Assembly (NCBI GenBank): GCA_965116885.1
Contig: OZ220741.1
Coordinates: 3,328,001 to 3,392,000, forward strand
Reading direction: 5' to 3'
Length of the DNA stretch: 64,000 nucleotides
From: Candidatus Latescibacterota bacterium
GTDB taxonomy: Bacteria > Latescibacterota > UBA2968
In this document: one piece after another, positions 38,811-49,401 of the stretch
How positions within the stretch are numbered: the first letter of the stretch is position 1
How the letters are laid out: every line of letters begins with the position of its first letter
Program-made: the position numbers and the translations under genes
The notes under the pieces: model-generated
Database searches by the model: none
What the model was told of the DNA's origin: nothing
The model's input: only the letters and a program-made list of their open reading frames with translations

Positions 38811-40050
38811 TAGCCCGGAAGAACTGTTGCAGAAGATACGCCTTGGAGAAGATACGTCCCTTGAATTCAAGGCAGTTCGATTCAGGGGTGGTCGGGTTTC
38901 CGATCCACGTCGCGATGCTCTGGCCGACGAATTGGCGGCCATCGCCAATACGCACGACGGGGTGCTTGTTTTGGGTGTAGATGATATGACGCGGGATATC
39001 GTCGGAATTTCGATAGATGGCCTTGAGGTCGTCGAACGATATGTGTATGAAATTTGCAACGAGAGCATTACGCCGCCGATTCCTTTTCGTTCTTTTCGCA
39101 TGCAACTTCCCGATAGCACAGGGGAACTTCAGCCCGTGCTTACAGTAGAAATTTCGCGTAGCCTTTTTGTTCACAGGAGTCCCGGGGGATATTTCTTTCG
39201 GCAAGGAAGCTCAAAACGAGAGATGCAGCCTGATTACTTGGCGCGACTGTTCCAGCAGCGAAGCCAAGTCCGACTAATTCGATTCGAGGAACAATCAGTG
39301 CCGCAATCGAGTAAGGACGATTTATCCGAAAAGTTGTGGGCCAACTATACAACACGGTCTGATGAATCCACGGATATCGTGCTCCTTAAACGAGGTCTTT
39401 TGTCGAAGGGAGAAAGCGGCGCAGTAATGGCTTCGGTCGCTGGCATTCTGTTCTGTTGCGAGAATCCAGAGCACTTTTTGCCCAATGCTTATATTGAAGC
39501 TGTGCGATATCGTGGGAAAAACCAGGATTCCAATTACCAGATAGACGCACAAAGAATTTGCGGCCCGCTGAATCAACAGATTGAACAAGCAATGGCCTTT
39601 CTCAGGAAAAATCAGACAATCTCTGCCGTAAAGAGGCCGCATAGAATCGAACAGAAGCAATTCAGCGAGAGAGCGATTTTTGAAGCACTGGTCAATGCTG
39701 TGGCGCACCGCGATTACTCCATTTCTGCCTCAAAAATTCGGTTCTTGATTTTTGATGACCGATTAGAAATTTATTCGCCGGGTACTCTTCCCAACACTGT
39801 GACTATTGATAGCATCGCTCTTCGTCAGGCGACCCGAAATGAACTGATCACAAGTCTGCTTGCAGAAACGCCAGTGGCGGAAAGAGTTGGTGATGTGGGA
39901 CGAGGTTTTTACATGGAAAAGCGGGGCGAGGGCGTTCCCATCATTGTAAGCGAAAGCGAAAAACTCTCTGGTAAGAAGCCTATCTACCAATTGATTGACG
40001 ATTCCGAATTGCTGCTAACCATTTTTTCAAATCGGACTGAGGAGGCCTGA
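38803..40050 (+). CDS. Schlafen/AlbA_2 domain plus HATPase_c_4 (RecG-C-like) protein
   Basis: GEDTSLEFK, ELAAIANTHDG.LVLGVDD, EALVNAVAHRDY, EIYSPG, RNELI, EKRGEG; ATG 38803 overlaps the upstream stop by 8 nt. Confidence 0.85.
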   Translation: MFNSPEELLQKIRLGEDTSLEFKAVRFRGGRVSDPRRDALADELAAIANTHDGVLVLGVDDMTRDIVGISIDGLEVVERYVYEICNESITPPIPFRSFRMQLPDSTGELQPVLTVEISRSLFVHRSPGGYFFRQGSSKREMQPDYLARLFQQRSQVRLIRFEEQSVPQSSKDDLSEKLWANYTTRSDESTDIVLLKRGLLSKGESGAVMASVAGILFCCENPEHFLPNAYIEAVRYRGKNQDSNYQIDAQRICGPLNQQIEQAMAFLRKNQTISAVKRPHRIEQKQFSERAIFEALVNAVAHRDYSISASKIRFLIFDDRLEIYSPGTLPNTVTIDSIALRQATRNELITSLLAETPVAERVGDVGRGFYMEKRGEGVPIIVSESEKLSGKKPIYQLIDDSELLLTIFSNRTEEA

Positions 40051-40108
40051 TACAGGAACTGACCGAGCCAACTTAGCAGCATCACACCAACCCTAAGCAG
40101 AGGTTTTT

Positions 40109-40414
40109 ATGCCGACTTATGAATATGCATGTACTGCATGCGAGCACGAATTTGAAACTTTTCACTCCATCACCGCCGATCCCATTCGCCTGTGTCCCGA
40201 ATGCGGTGAGCAAAAAGTTGAGCGTCTCATCAGCGGCGGTGCAGGTCTGATCTTTAAGGGGTCGGGTTTTTATATCACTGATTATCGAAGTGAAGGATAC
40301 AAGGAAGCGGCTAAGAAAGATAAAGAAGCAGCCAGCGGTAAAAAATCTGACAAAAAGAAATCAGAGACCAAAAAGACCTCTGAATCAAAAAGTTCGGATA
40401 CCAAAGCAGCATAA
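40109..40414 (+). CDS. FmdB-family zinc-ribbon protein
   Basis: MPTYEYACTAC...CPECG...FKGSGFYITDY, Lys/Ser-rich tail. Confidence 0.9.
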   Translation: MPTYEYACTACEHEFETFHSITADPIRLCPECGEQKVERLISGGAGLIFKGSGFYITDYRSEGYKEAAKKDKEAASGKKSDKKKSETKKTSESKSSDTKAA

Positions 40415-40478
40415 AAAAGGAAATTATATTCTATCATGTCCCGTGCTCTGACATGGGAGCCAAACAAGGAGACAAAAC

Positions 40479-42404
40479 ATGAGCAACGTAATAGGCATTG
40501 ATCTGGGAACGACCAACTCTTGTGTCGCTGTGATGGAAGGCGGCGACCCGGTTGTTGTTCCAAATTCAGAAGGGGGGCGCACCACGCCCTCTGTCGTTGC
40601 ATTCGCACAAGATGGGGAGCGCCTCATTGGTGAGGTTGCCAAACGGCAGGCTGTGACCAATCCGGCTAAGACCATTTATTCCATCAAGCGATTTATGGGG
40701 CGCCGCCGCGAAGAGGTGGGCACTGAAATTTCCGAAGTGCCCTACACGGTTACGAGTGACGCCAATGGGCTGGCATCTGTACAGCTTGACGACAAGACAT
40801 ATACCCCGCCCGAGATTTCGGCGATGGTGCTTCAAAAGATGAAGCAAACTGCTGAAGATTATCTCGGCGAAACTGTCACGCAGGCTGTGGTCACGGTTCC
40901 CGCATATTTTAACGATGCACAGCGGCAGGCTACCAAAGATGCTGGCAAAATTGCTGGCCTCGATGTGTTGCGCATTGTCAATGAACCAACGGCTGCATCG
41001 CTGGCTTATGGCCTGGACAAAAAGAGCGATGAAAAAATCGCGGTTTTTGATCTCGGTGGTGGTACATTTGACATTTCTATTTTGGAACTGGGCGATGGCG
41101 TTTTTGAAGTCAAATCGACCAATGGCGATACCCATTTGGGTGGCGATGACTTTGATCAGCGCGTCATTGACTTTCTGGCTGAGGAATTTTTGAAAGACAA
41201 TAGCGTGGATTTGCGCCAGGATCCCATGGCTTTGCAACGCCTGAAAGAAGCGGCAGAAAAAGCCAAGTGCGAACTATCGACTTCCGCATCTACCGATATC
41301 AATCTGCCGTTTATCACAGCCGATGCATCTGGTCCCAAGCATCTCAATGTCAACTTGTCACGCGCTCGATTTGAGCAACTCGTTGATGATCTCGTCCAGC
41401 GCACGAAAGGGCCTTGTGAGCAGGCGATTCGGGACGCCGGTCTTTCGGCTTCTGATATCGATGAGGTGATTCTGGTGGGCGGTTCAACGCGTATCCCCAA
41501 AGTACAGGAAATTGTGCAGGACGTTTTTGGCAAAGAGCCTAACAGAGGGGTAAATCCCGATGAAGTCGTCGCCATTGGCGCAGCTATTCAAGCGGGTGTG
41601 CTTTCGGGCGATGTGACCGATGTGCTGCTGCTCGACGTGACGCCGCTCTCGCTGGGTATTGAAACGCTCGGCGGCGTGATGACGCGCCTTATTGATCGCA
41701 ACACTACAATTCCATCGAAAAAGGCCGAAGTGTTTTCAACCGCTGCCGACAGCCAGCCGTCGGTGGAGATTCACGTTTTGCAGGGCGAGCGCGATATGTC
41801 AGTAGATAATCGCACCATTGGTCGGTTCCATCTCGATGGCATTCCACCTGCGCCGCGCGGTGTGCCGCAGATTGAGGTTACGTTTGATATCGATGCAAAT
41901 GGTATTCTCAATGTCTCGGCAAAGGACAAGGGTACGGGCAAAGAGCAGAATATTCGCATTGAAGCCTCGTCGGGGTTGTCAGACGCAGAAATTGATAAAA
42001 TGGTCAATGACGCTCAGGCTAATGCAGCCGAAGACAAGAAGAAACGCGAGGCTGTGGAAATCAAAAATGCGGCTGAGCAGCAGGTGCATCAGACCGAAAA
42101 ACAGATGGAAGAGATGGGCGATAAAGTCAGCGCTGAGACGAAGGCCAAAGTGACAGAGGCTGTTGATAAGGTCAAAGATGCCCTCAAGGGAGACAATGTC
42201 GATGCGATTAAATCGGCGAACGAAAATCTTACCCAGGTATGGCATCAGGTTGCGAGTGAACTCTATCAACAAGCTTCAGCAGACGAGGCACCGCCTCAGG
42301 GTGCGCCAGGAGAGCCACCACCAGGTGGCGCAGAAGGTCCCAAACAGAGCGACGATGGGACTGTTGATGCTGAATATGAAGTTGTAGATGATAAGAAGAA
42401 GTAA
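40479..42404 (+). CDS. dnaK: chaperone DnaK (Hsp70)
   Basis: [41 protein letters not shown]. Confidence 0.99.
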   Translation: MSNVIGIDLGTTNSCVAVMEGGDPVVVPNSEGGRTTPSVVAFAQDGERLIGEVAKRQAVTNPAKTIYSIKRFMGRRREEVGTEISEVPYTVTSDANGLASVQLDDKTYTPPEISAMVLQKMKQTAEDYLGETVTQAVVTVPAYFNDAQRQATKDAGKIAGLDVLRIVNEPTAASLAYGLDKKSDEKIAVFDLGGGTFDISILELGDGVFEVKSTNGDTHLGGDDFDQRVIDFLAEEFLKDNSVDLRQDPMALQRLKEAAEKAKCELSTSASTDINLPFITADASGPKHLNVNLSRARFEQLVDDLVQRTKGPCEQAIRDAGLSASDIDEVILVGGSTRIPKVQEIVQDVFGKEPNRGVNPDEVVAIGAAIQAGVLSGDVTDVLLLDVTPLSLGIETLGGVMTRLIDRNTTIPSKKAEVFSTAADSQPSVEIHVLQGERDMSVDNRTIGRFHLDGIPPAPRGVPQIEVTFDIDANGILNVSAKDKGTGKEQNIRIEASSGLSDAEIDKMVNDAQANAAEDKKKREAVEIKNAAEQQVHQTEKQMEEMGDKVSAETKAKVTEAVDKVKDALKGDNVDAIKSANENLTQVWHQVASELYQQASADEAPPQGAPGEPPPGGAEGPKQSDDGTVDAEYEVVDDKKK

Positions 42405-42414
42405 AGGCTGGATA

Positions 42415-42492
42415 TTACAATAAAACGCCGAGGGCAAAAGTCCTCGGCGTTTTTGTTTCAAATATCTCGAACCCGCACTCAGTTGTCGGCAT
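42415..42492 (-). pseudogene. possible truncated 5' remnant of a partner gene (MPTTECGF...)
   Basis: ATG overlaps the end of the 82-aa ORF; after about 9 codons the frame runs into the dnaK terminator and stops at 25 aa. Confidence 0.3.
42422..42454. terminator. bidirectional intrinsic terminator
   Basis: aaaacgccgagggc-aaaa-gtcctcggcgtttt between convergent genes. Confidence 0.85.
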
Positions 42493-42727
42493 ATATGGGC
42501 CTATACAGAATGGAAGCCGGCAGCCTGAACGGGGGCGCGCCAACCCGTCTGATGAGATATGGTCCGCGGCCAAAACGCTCTATCGCAACCCCAGCCGCAT
42601 CCTCGAATGATTGATATGTTCCAATGAGTTTCTCATCGTGTACGACGACCCACTCACCGAAGTGATCGGTTTCTAACTCGTCGCGCATGCGCTCATAAGC
42701 GGCGATCTCTATACTCAGCTTGGCCAT
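42479..42727 (-). CDS. small DUF5678-like protein
   Basis: SD AAGGA; HFGEWVVVHDEKLIGTYQSFEDA...FG..PYLIRRVG. Confidence 0.65.
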   Translation of the reverse strand: MAKLSIEIAAYERMRDELETDHFGEWVVVHDEKLIGTYQSFEDAAGVAIERFGRGPYLIRRVGAPPFRLPASILYRPIYADN

Positions 42728-42965
42728 ATCAACATTCCTTTTTTTACTTAATATTTACTTGGTGGTTTTGCCATAAATATGGACAAACTACCGGCTTGTT
42801 GTCAAGTGCGTACCGGTCAGTATTGGGTGGTAAAAAATTTGGAATGAGCTGATATCGCACTTGTTTGTACACCGCTTGACACAATGACAATAATGATAAA
42901 AACCTTCTGGATTGCGGCTCAAAACCATGCCGCAATGACGACTTTCTGATACAGCACTTGTCTTG

Positions 42966-42988
42966 CTGATCGCTGATCGCTGACTGCC
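42966..42988. repeat. short tandem heptamer repeat (GCTGATC)n
   Basis: gctgatc-gctgatc-gctgact-gc immediately after the SH3 gene stop. Confidence 0.6.
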
Positions 42989-42991
42989 TAT

Positions 42992-43825
42992 TCACGACGC
43001 TTTTTCAATTGTCACGCGAATTGCGCTCAGGGGTTTGATAAAGCGGAATCTGACGGTTTTGCTGCGCGTGTCGAATCCGCCTGTGCCAACATCCTGGCTC
43101 GACAATTCCCGCAAAAAGTTTGCGACCCAGGTTGTGTCGCGTTGCCATTGTGGTACGGCATTTTGGATAAACAAGCGCACGAGGTCTGCATTGCGATTCA
43201 AGTCGGTATCGGATATATCGAGCACGGTTACCATAATTTCGGATCGCAACAAATCGGCTTCTGGACCCCAGAACTCCAGTACGACTTGTCCGCTGCCCGT
43301 TGCGCCGAAATGACGCGGCTGACCCTCAAGGGGATCGACTTCTTCCAGTATCAGATCATCGGGCATTCCCGCGATCATGCCATCAATGGATAGGGCGCCG
43401 GGAGATGGTTGTATTGTCTGGGTTACTGGCGTCTCTTGAGGTTCAGTTGCGGGCTGAGTTGGGCGTGCGGCAGGCCGTTTTTTTCGGGTGCTTGAAGAAC
43501 GGCGCGCGAGGTCTTTTTGCAAAGCTGCGCGTACGGCTGCGGCGTCTCCGACATAATTGCCGTGTACCCATCCCTCAGTTTTTCCATCTGTGCGTACACG
43601 TAACCAGGGATTGGCTCTTTCAAAAATCTCCAGTTCACGACCACGCTGCAAGCGCTCGACTACCTGCGATTTTGTCGTTGGCTTTTCGCGCAAATTCAGA
43701 ATTGCAACGGTGACATAGACTTTTTCTTTGGGTAATAGATAATCACAGCCACTTAAACTCGCCATGAGTACACAAAAAAGGCCGACAGAAAATCGGTCGG
43801 CCAAAAATCTCAACCGCACCATCAA
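42992..43825 (-). CDS. SH3b-domain lipoprotein
   Basis: Lipobox LSGC; LNLREKP...WLRVR...EGWVHGNYV; Pro/Thr-rich linker. Confidence 0.75.
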   Translation of the reverse strand: MMVRLRFLADRFSVGLFCVLMASLSGCDYLLPKEKVYVTVAILNLREKPTTKSQVVERLQRGRELEIFERANPWLRVRTDGKTEGWVHGNYVGDAAAVRAALQKDLARRSSSTRKKRPAARPTQPATEPQETPVTQTIQPSPGALSIDGMIAGMPDDLILEEVDPLEGQPRHFGATGSGQVVLEFWGPEADLLRSEIMVTVLDISDTDLNRNADLVRLFIQNAVPQWQRDTTWVANFLRELSSQDVGTGGFDTRSKTVRFRFIKPLSAIRVTIEKAS

Positions 43826-43914
43826 TCATTCCTCCGCAAAAACCTCTGTGGATATTTTTTCGATGGGTTGAAAATATCGGAAATGCGATTGCGGTCAAGG
43901 ATTAAATTACATTT

Positions 43915-45342
43915 TCAATCCAGATATGTCATCCCTGGGGTTTGAGGCCATTTGCATTGTTCGGGTGCATTTGTCGCGCTTGCCCATTCCCGAATGACTT
44001 CCAGATCCCTTCTTTTTTCCAGCATTTTTTTCGCAACCCACTCCGGGTCCCATCCATCCAGTACTTTTGCTGTCAGTTCTTCTCGAATCGCCTGACATTC
44101 GCTGTCGTTTGCTCGATTGTGTATTTCTTCAGGATCTTCGGATAGATTGAATAATTGTGGATCGTAGCCGTGGTAGTAAATCAGTTTCCAGTCGCCCTGC
44201 CGAATCATGCGCTGGTAGTGGCCTTCATAGATACAGTACTCTGAAAAGGCAATATCTTCCCATGTATCTACTTCACCGCGCAGCAATGGCAACAGGCTGC
44301 GTCCGCGGGAATAGGGTAATTCGGGTGCGTCCAATGCGTCGAGCATGGTCGCATTTAAGTCCAGTGCGCTGATGACGCGGTTGTTGACCTGTCCTTTAGG
44401 TAGCACATTGGGCCATGAAATAATTGCCGGTACTCGAACGGACTCTTCGTAAAATGTTCGCTTCATCCACAATGCTTTTTCGCCCACATGTTCGCCGTGG
44501 TCTGATGAATATACGATCATTGTGTTCTGTGCAAATTCATTCTTTTCTAATGCCTCCAAAAGTTGTCCGATCATGCGATCCATCGCCGTGACCAGTGCCC
44601 AGTAAGCCGCGCGGGCGCGCGTGGTGTCGGCATCTTCGATTTCCAGGAAATGGTTCCGGTCTCGCCACCATTGAAAAAAGGGATGCGACTCATCGCCCAT
44701 TGGTTTGGGATGTTTTGGAGGCGTAATCACGTCGATGTACTGATCGTAGTCTGCTTTTCGCGCGATATAAGGCGAGTGTGGTAGCATATATCCCACGTGC
44801 AAACAAAAGGGGGTATCCGTTTGTCCGCTGCGTTTTTTTATGCCCTCTCGATTGATAAAATCAACTGCTGACGCTGTCACATCTTCATCGTGTACTTCGT
44901 AACTGCTCTGGCCTGCACCGGATTTTTGAACCGATTGGATTAAGTTGCTGGGGGCATCGCCTGTGCCCGGGTAATTCGAAGAATGATCTCCTATGGGACG
45001 ATCTATATACCCGTGCAACTGGTCTGTGCCCAGGGCGTGCATGCGGCCTATGAGCACGGGGTGGTAGCCAGCCGCGCCCATTGCATGCGCGAGGGTTGGC
45101 CGTCCCGAATCCAGGATGTGATGGTTTGTCCATACTTCATTCTCATAAGGATACCGTCCCGTTAACATCGACATCCGCGATGGCGTGCATACAGGCGATG
45201 GGCAATAGGCATTGTTAAATCTCACCCCCTGTGCAGCGATTGCATCCAGATGGGGCGTTTGTACGAGTGGATCGTCGTAACAACCGAGCACTTTTGGGCT
45301 GTGCTGGTCTGAGTGGATGTAGAGCAAGTTTGGTCGGTTCAT
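43915..45342 (-). CDS. Cys-type (formylglycine) sulfatase, choline-sulfatase-like
   Basis: PNLLYIHSDQH, CTPSR, GRMH, PHSPY, SDHG. Confidence 0.9.
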   Translation of the reverse strand: MNRPNLLYIHSDQHSPKVLGCYDDPLVQTPHLDAIAAQGVRFNNAYCPSPVCTPSRMSMLTGRYPYENEVWTNHHILDSGRPTLAHAMGAAGYHPVLIGRMHALGTDQLHGYIDRPIGDHSSNYPGTGDAPSNLIQSVQKSGAGQSSYEVHDEDVTASAVDFINREGIKKRSGQTDTPFCLHVGYMLPHSPYIARKADYDQYIDVITPPKHPKPMGDESHPFFQWWRDRNHFLEIEDADTTRARAAYWALVTAMDRMIGQLLEALEKNEFAQNTMIVYSSDHGEHVGEKALWMKRTFYEESVRVPAIISWPNVLPKGQVNNRVISALDLNATMLDALDAPELPYSRGRSLLPLLRGEVDTWEDIAFSEYCIYEGHYQRMIRQGDWKLIYYHGYDPQLFNLSEDPEEIHNRANDSECQAIREELTAKVLDGWDPEWVAKKMLEKRRDLEVIREWASATNAPEQCKWPQTPGMTYLD

Positions 45343-45426
45343 GTTTGAGTCCTTTTCACCGGTACACAGAAGGCAGGCAGCGGTTGCCCGTGCCTGCCAT
45401 TATTTTGTCAATCGTGAGTGAGAATG

Positions 45427-46398
45427 CTATTTTTCACTCGCAGCTACTGTATTTACCAATCGGCCGATGCCCGAGATCTCGATTTCTACCTTGTCACCTG
45501 GTTGCATGTAGGTGCCCGTTGTATTGCCCACGCCCGAAATTGTACCTGTGCTGATCAGGTCGCCAGGCTCGAGTGTGATAATCGCCGAAATGTATTCGAT
45601 AATTTTATCTACGGGATACAACATTTGCCCCGTGTTGTTGTGTTGTTTTCGGTCGCCATTCACATACGTGCTGATGTCGAGGGTGTGTGGATCTGTGATT
45701 TCATCTGAAGTTACAATCCACGGTCCTTGCGGTGCAAAGGTGTCCAGCCATTTGCCGTTCAACCAGTCGAACCATTCATCTCTTGGGCGGCTGTCTGTGC
45801 GTTTTTTGATTTCCAACGTGCGCTCGGAGACATCGTTCATGACCGTATAACCCGCGACATAATCCAGCGCGTCTTCTGCCTGTACGCCCTTTGCCTCTCG
45901 GCCCATTACGACGGCCAATTCGCCTTCCCAATCTACACTTCTTGCGATGGGGGGTATCAAAATTTGATCGCCTGGTCCGATTACAGTCGATGTTGGGGGC
46001 TTCATAAATACGCGCGGTGTTTCCTTGTCCTGAATTTGCATCTTGGCCGTGCCGCCTTCTTCAATGTGATCTTGATAATTACCCGCCAGGCAGAATAATT
46101 TGTGCGGATTGGGCATTGGTGCGCTCAATTTGACCTCGCTGACGGCAAAGCTGGTCTCACCATCTGGTTTACCATTCAAACGCTTTTCGGCATCAGCCGC
46201 CGCCTGTTGTGCCGCAGACTGCCCCTCGGCCCCGGCTTCGAGAAGGGTCAGCATATCCGTGAAAAAGGGATGTGTTTCGCGTTTTTCCGATTGGGCTAAT
46301 GCGCTGTCCGCTGCTGCGAGATCGACAACAATCGCGTCATCGGCGACGACTGCGCCAATGGATTCACTACCGCCGACTGAATAAGTCGCGAGTTTCAT
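45427..46398 (-). CDS. fumarylacetoacetate hydrolase family protein
   Basis: GNYQDH, VFMK, DWEGEL, NDVSER, GKWLDTF, GDLISTGT. Confidence 0.92.
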   Translation of the reverse strand: MKLATYSVGGSESIGAVVADDAIVVDLAAADSALAQSEKRETHPFFTDMLTLLEAGAEGQSAAQQAAADAEKRLNGKPDGETSFAVSEVKLSAPMPNPHKLFCLAGNYQDHIEEGGTAKMQIQDKETPRVFMKPPTSTVIGPGDQILIPPIARSVDWEGELAVVMGREAKGVQAEDALDYVAGYTVMNDVSERTLEIKKRTDSRPRDEWFDWLNGKWLDTFAPQGPWIVTSDEITDPHTLDISTYVNGDRKQHNNTGQMLYPVDKIIEYISAIITLEPGDLISTGTISGVGNTTGTYMQPGDKVEIEISGIGRLVNTVAASEK

Positions 46399-46419
46399 GT
46401 TTTCTCCTTGTGCGAATGC

Positions 46420-47283
46420 CTAATGACTGGTAAATGACAATGGAAATGTCGGTTCTTGTGCCTGATTTTGCGTAGGGGTTTCAATCTTTTGGTGATAATA
46501 TTCTTCAACGAATTGCGCCAGATTTTTGCTCGCTTCTTCAAACACGATTTTGCCCTTTTCTGCGGTTGCCTTTTCCGCCTCGCCCATCACGCCCGAATCT
46601 GTATATTGACTCGTCCATTCAATTATTCCCACAGGTCCTCTGCTGAACAGATCGGTCCAGACGAATTTGGATCCCCGTTTATTCGTCCTGGCGATTTCGC
46701 TCTTGATTTTATCCTTGCGCACGCTTTCTGGAGACAAATGGAGCAGCATGGATGTTTCCAATTCGCCCGCGTGCGAACATCCGCCGGGAAATACGCTTTC
46801 GCGCCATTCTTTGTCAAAGTCCGGATCGACTTTGAGCAATTGCCACCACGAACAGAAAGCACAACTCGCGTCTGTTTCTACGATTGTGCGCCGGGCGACC
46901 ATTTCGACCAGGTTGTGGTTGGAACCGTGTCCGTTGACGAGGATCATTTTTTTAAAGCCGTGATAGGCAAGGCTTTTGCAGATGTCCAGCAGGTACTGAA
47001 TAAAGTGTTCGTAGTGTATATTCAGCGAGCCGGGAAAATCCATGACGTGATGTACATAGCCATAACTTACAGGCGGCAGCACCAGGCTGTATTCCGGTTT
47101 TAAGCGCGCGCCTTCTGTTGCTACGGCATTGGCACACAGATGATCGACTTTCAAGGGCAAGTGATGCCCGTGTTGTTCGACTGCGCCGGTTGGAATAATC
47201 GGAATTTTTCCCATTTCCACCGCTTCGTTCACTTCGGGCCAGGTCAGTTCGTCAAATTTGTAGATATCTTTTACAGAGGCCAT
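46420..47283 (-). CDS. creatininase-family amidohydrolase
   Basis: EQHGHHLP..D, NGHGSN, HAGELETS, SGVMG. Confidence 0.9.
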   Translation of the reverse strand: MASVKDIYKFDELTWPEVNEAVEMGKIPIIPTGAVEQHGHHLPLKVDHLCANAVATEGARLKPEYSLVLPPVSYGYVHHVMDFPGSLNIHYEHFIQYLLDICKSLAYHGFKKMILVNGHGSNHNLVEMVARRTIVETDASCAFCSWWQLLKVDPDFDKEWRESVFPGGCSHAGELETSMLLHLSPESVRKDKIKSEIARTNKRGSKFVWTDLFSRGPVGIIEWTSQYTDSGVMGEAEKATAEKGKIVFEEASKNLAQFVEEYYHQKIETPTQNQAQEPTFPLSFTSH

Positions 47284-47323
47284 TTTTTTCCTTTCTAAGT
47301 GGTCACATGAGACATCGCCGCCC

Positions 47324-48436
47324 CTACATTACCCTGAACTTCGTCACCACATCTTCGTCCAGACCCACGCCCAGTCCGGGTTGGTCTGTCAGATGTAACA
47401 CACCATTTCGAAATGTCATCTCGTGTTGTGCCAGTTTTTGTGCCAGGGGAGATGGCGCTCGCGTGTATTCTGTCAGCGGTTGTTCGCTTGCTGCGGCCCA
47501 TTGGGCAGATGCCGCCAACAAGACCCCGGTGCCAAATGCGTGCGGCACGGCACGCGCTCCCGTCTCTTTTGCCAATTTTTCAATTGCCAGGCCGCCGGTA
47601 ATTCCGCCTACGCGTCCCAGATCGGGTTGTACAAAGTGGAGTTTGCCATTGTGCAACAAGTCGGCGTATTCGCTTACCAGAGTCATTGCTTCGCCTCCTG
47701 AAATTGGGATGGATGACTGCGTTGAGAGTTCGCCATATCCCTGCACGTCAAATGGATGCAATGGCTCCTCGAGCCAGAATACATTGTATTTTTCAAATCG
47801 CGCCACGCGCTCCAACGCGGTTTCTGCATCCCACGCGCGACCGGCATCTACCATCAAATTTACATCTGGTCCCAAAGCCTCTCGTGCCGCTGCGACCAAT
47901 GCTTCGTCTAAATCTGCATCTGGTCCCATTGGTGCCCAGCCGTATTTTACAGACTGGTAGCCTTGTGATAGAAATGCCTTTGCTGATTCTTGTACTAATT
48001 CCGGATGATCGGGCCATAGGACGCTCGCATAAGCGGGCACTGCATCTGCCGCATCTTTTCGCAATAGCTTGCGCACGGGTTTGCCTTCGGCTTTGCCCCG
48101 AATATCCCACAGTGCCATGTCAATGCCACTCATAGCCTGTCGCGCCACGCCGCCTGGACCATACCAGGATACGCCTTCGATCATGGCGTTGTGGATTGCG
48201 TCAAAGTCCAGCACGTCCATGCCGGTTATAATCGCTGATAGGCCATGGCGAAATGGCGCAGAGCGCGGTGCTTCAATTACGGCTTTGGCTACATAGGAAC
48301 ACGATACGACTTCACCCAATCCCGTTATGCCTGCATCGGTATGTACCCGCACGATCAGGCAGTCCTGAGTCCCATCGGCCGCCTCTACAACTTCTGGCAA
48401 CCGTAAATGAATGGCTTCAATATGGGTAATTTTCAT
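47324..48436 (-). CDS. mandelate racemase/enolase-superfamily enzyme
   Basis: SGIDMALWDIRGK, VKYGW, VDAG, WLEEP, GGE, QPD, VPH. Confidence 0.88.
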   Translation of the reverse strand: MKITHIEAIHLRLPEVVEAADGTQDCLIVRVHTDAGITGLGEVVSCSYVAKAVIEAPRSAPFRHGLSAIITGMDVLDFDAIHNAMIEGVSWYGPGGVARQAMSGIDMALWDIRGKAEGKPVRKLLRKDAADAVPAYASVLWPDHPELVQESAKAFLSQGYQSVKYGWAPMGPDADLDEALVAAAREALGPDVNLMVDAGRAWDAETALERVARFEKYNVFWLEEPLHPFDVQGYGELSTQSSIPISGGEAMTLVSEYADLLHNGKLHFVQPDLGRVGGITGGLAIEKLAKETGARAVPHAFGTGVLLAASAQWAAASEQPLTEYTRAPSPLAQKLAQHEMTFRNGVLHLTDQPGLGVGLDEDVVTKFRVM

Positions 48437-48439
48437 TTG

Positions 48440-49237
48440 TTAGCTTTTTTGCAATACCCGCCACCGGTCGTACAATGGGCGCATTTCTTTTGGCAAAAAT
48501 CCGCGCACATTGTCCGCGAGCATCCACTTCAGACGCGGGTCTGTCTCGCCGGGTTTGCCACCCCTTGAGTACATACCCCAGTTTCCGGATAGCGTCAACC
48601 GCTCCACATCCTTTTTCATTACGCCGCGGTGAATCAAATTGCCAGTCCAGAACACGGTTTGCCCGGCTTTGAGGGGCACGGTATATTGTCCCGGGATATC
48701 GTCGTGACGGTCTTCTAACAAGCACCTGCGCTCGTGGGCGGTGCGGTACCTTTTGTGACTGCCGGGCACAATTTGCAGACAGTAATCATCTACCAGTGCG
48801 AGATGCCACCCCAAACCCCTTTGGGGACGATTCAAGATTTCCATTTCCACCTGATACGATCCGTCGCGTTCTTTACTCCCAAAATCCCGGTGCCAACCAA
48901 AACCGTAATCCGCTTGATATGGATTTGTGAAGATGAGGGCGCCTCCCAATTGCAACTGCGTGCCCAAAAAAGCGCGCGCGTATTTCATTATGGGTTCTGA
49001 TATCAGATATTCGGCAAAGATCGGCTCGTTCATTTCGGGGGCAAACAACCCGCGAATCGCCCAGGGTTCTCCGTCCTCCGAGCGGTGTGTGTACAAATCC
49101 ACTTCGCCTGAACGCACCTTTTTTTTAGCGCGAATCGCAGCCTCCAACAGAGGTTTTAGCATATTGGGATCAACGGCGTCATCGACGATACAAAACCCCA
49201 GCTTCCTGTACTGTCGTTTCTCGGTGTCGTAAAACAT
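48440..49237 (-). CDS. PhyH-family Fe(II)/2OG dioxygenase
   Basis: WHRD (HxD), IVPGSH, LIHRG, ERLTL. Confidence 0.85.
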   Translation of the reverse strand: MFYDTEKRQYRKLGFCIVDDAVDPNMLKPLLEAAIRAKKKVRSGEVDLYTHRSEDGEPWAIRGLFAPEMNEPIFAEYLISEPIMKYARAFLGTQLQLGGALIFTNPYQADYGFGWHRDFGSKERDGSYQVEMEILNRPQRGLGWHLALVDDYCLQIVPGSHKRYRTAHERRCLLEDRHDDIPGQYTVPLKAGQTVFWTGNLIHRGVMKKDVERLTLSGNWGMYSRGGKPGETDPRLKWMLADNVRGFLPKEMRPLYDRWRVLQKS

Positions 49238-49401
49238 AAGTGTCTCCTTTCATGTGCGGCGCAATATAGGTGTGTCGCGCGGCAAATACAAAAAAAAAGC
49301 GCAGGGGTATTGCGCGAGACGAAGCAGAAAACAGTGGCAGGACAGTGTCATTGTGATATTTTAAGAGAGGATACAAAGTATTGTGTGGATAAGCGATTGA
49401 A

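Noticed and set aside
40071..40100. TTAGCA upstream of fmdB-dnaK as a CIRCE element
   Set aside because: Only the first 6 nt match; the right arm GAGTGCTAA is absent at the 9-nt spacing
35340..40108. Integrative element or prophage boundaries around the PHP-ATPase/Schlafen cassette
   Set aside because: No integrase, transposase, tRNA or flanking direct repeat could be found by eye
42876..42900. acaatgacaataatgataa as a Fur box
   Set aside because: Only partial hexamer matches, no inverted half, and no plus-strand gene or iron-related target follows
46420..47283. Creatininase-family gene as mycofactocin MftE
   Set aside because: No precursor peptide, radical SAM or other mft genes nearby
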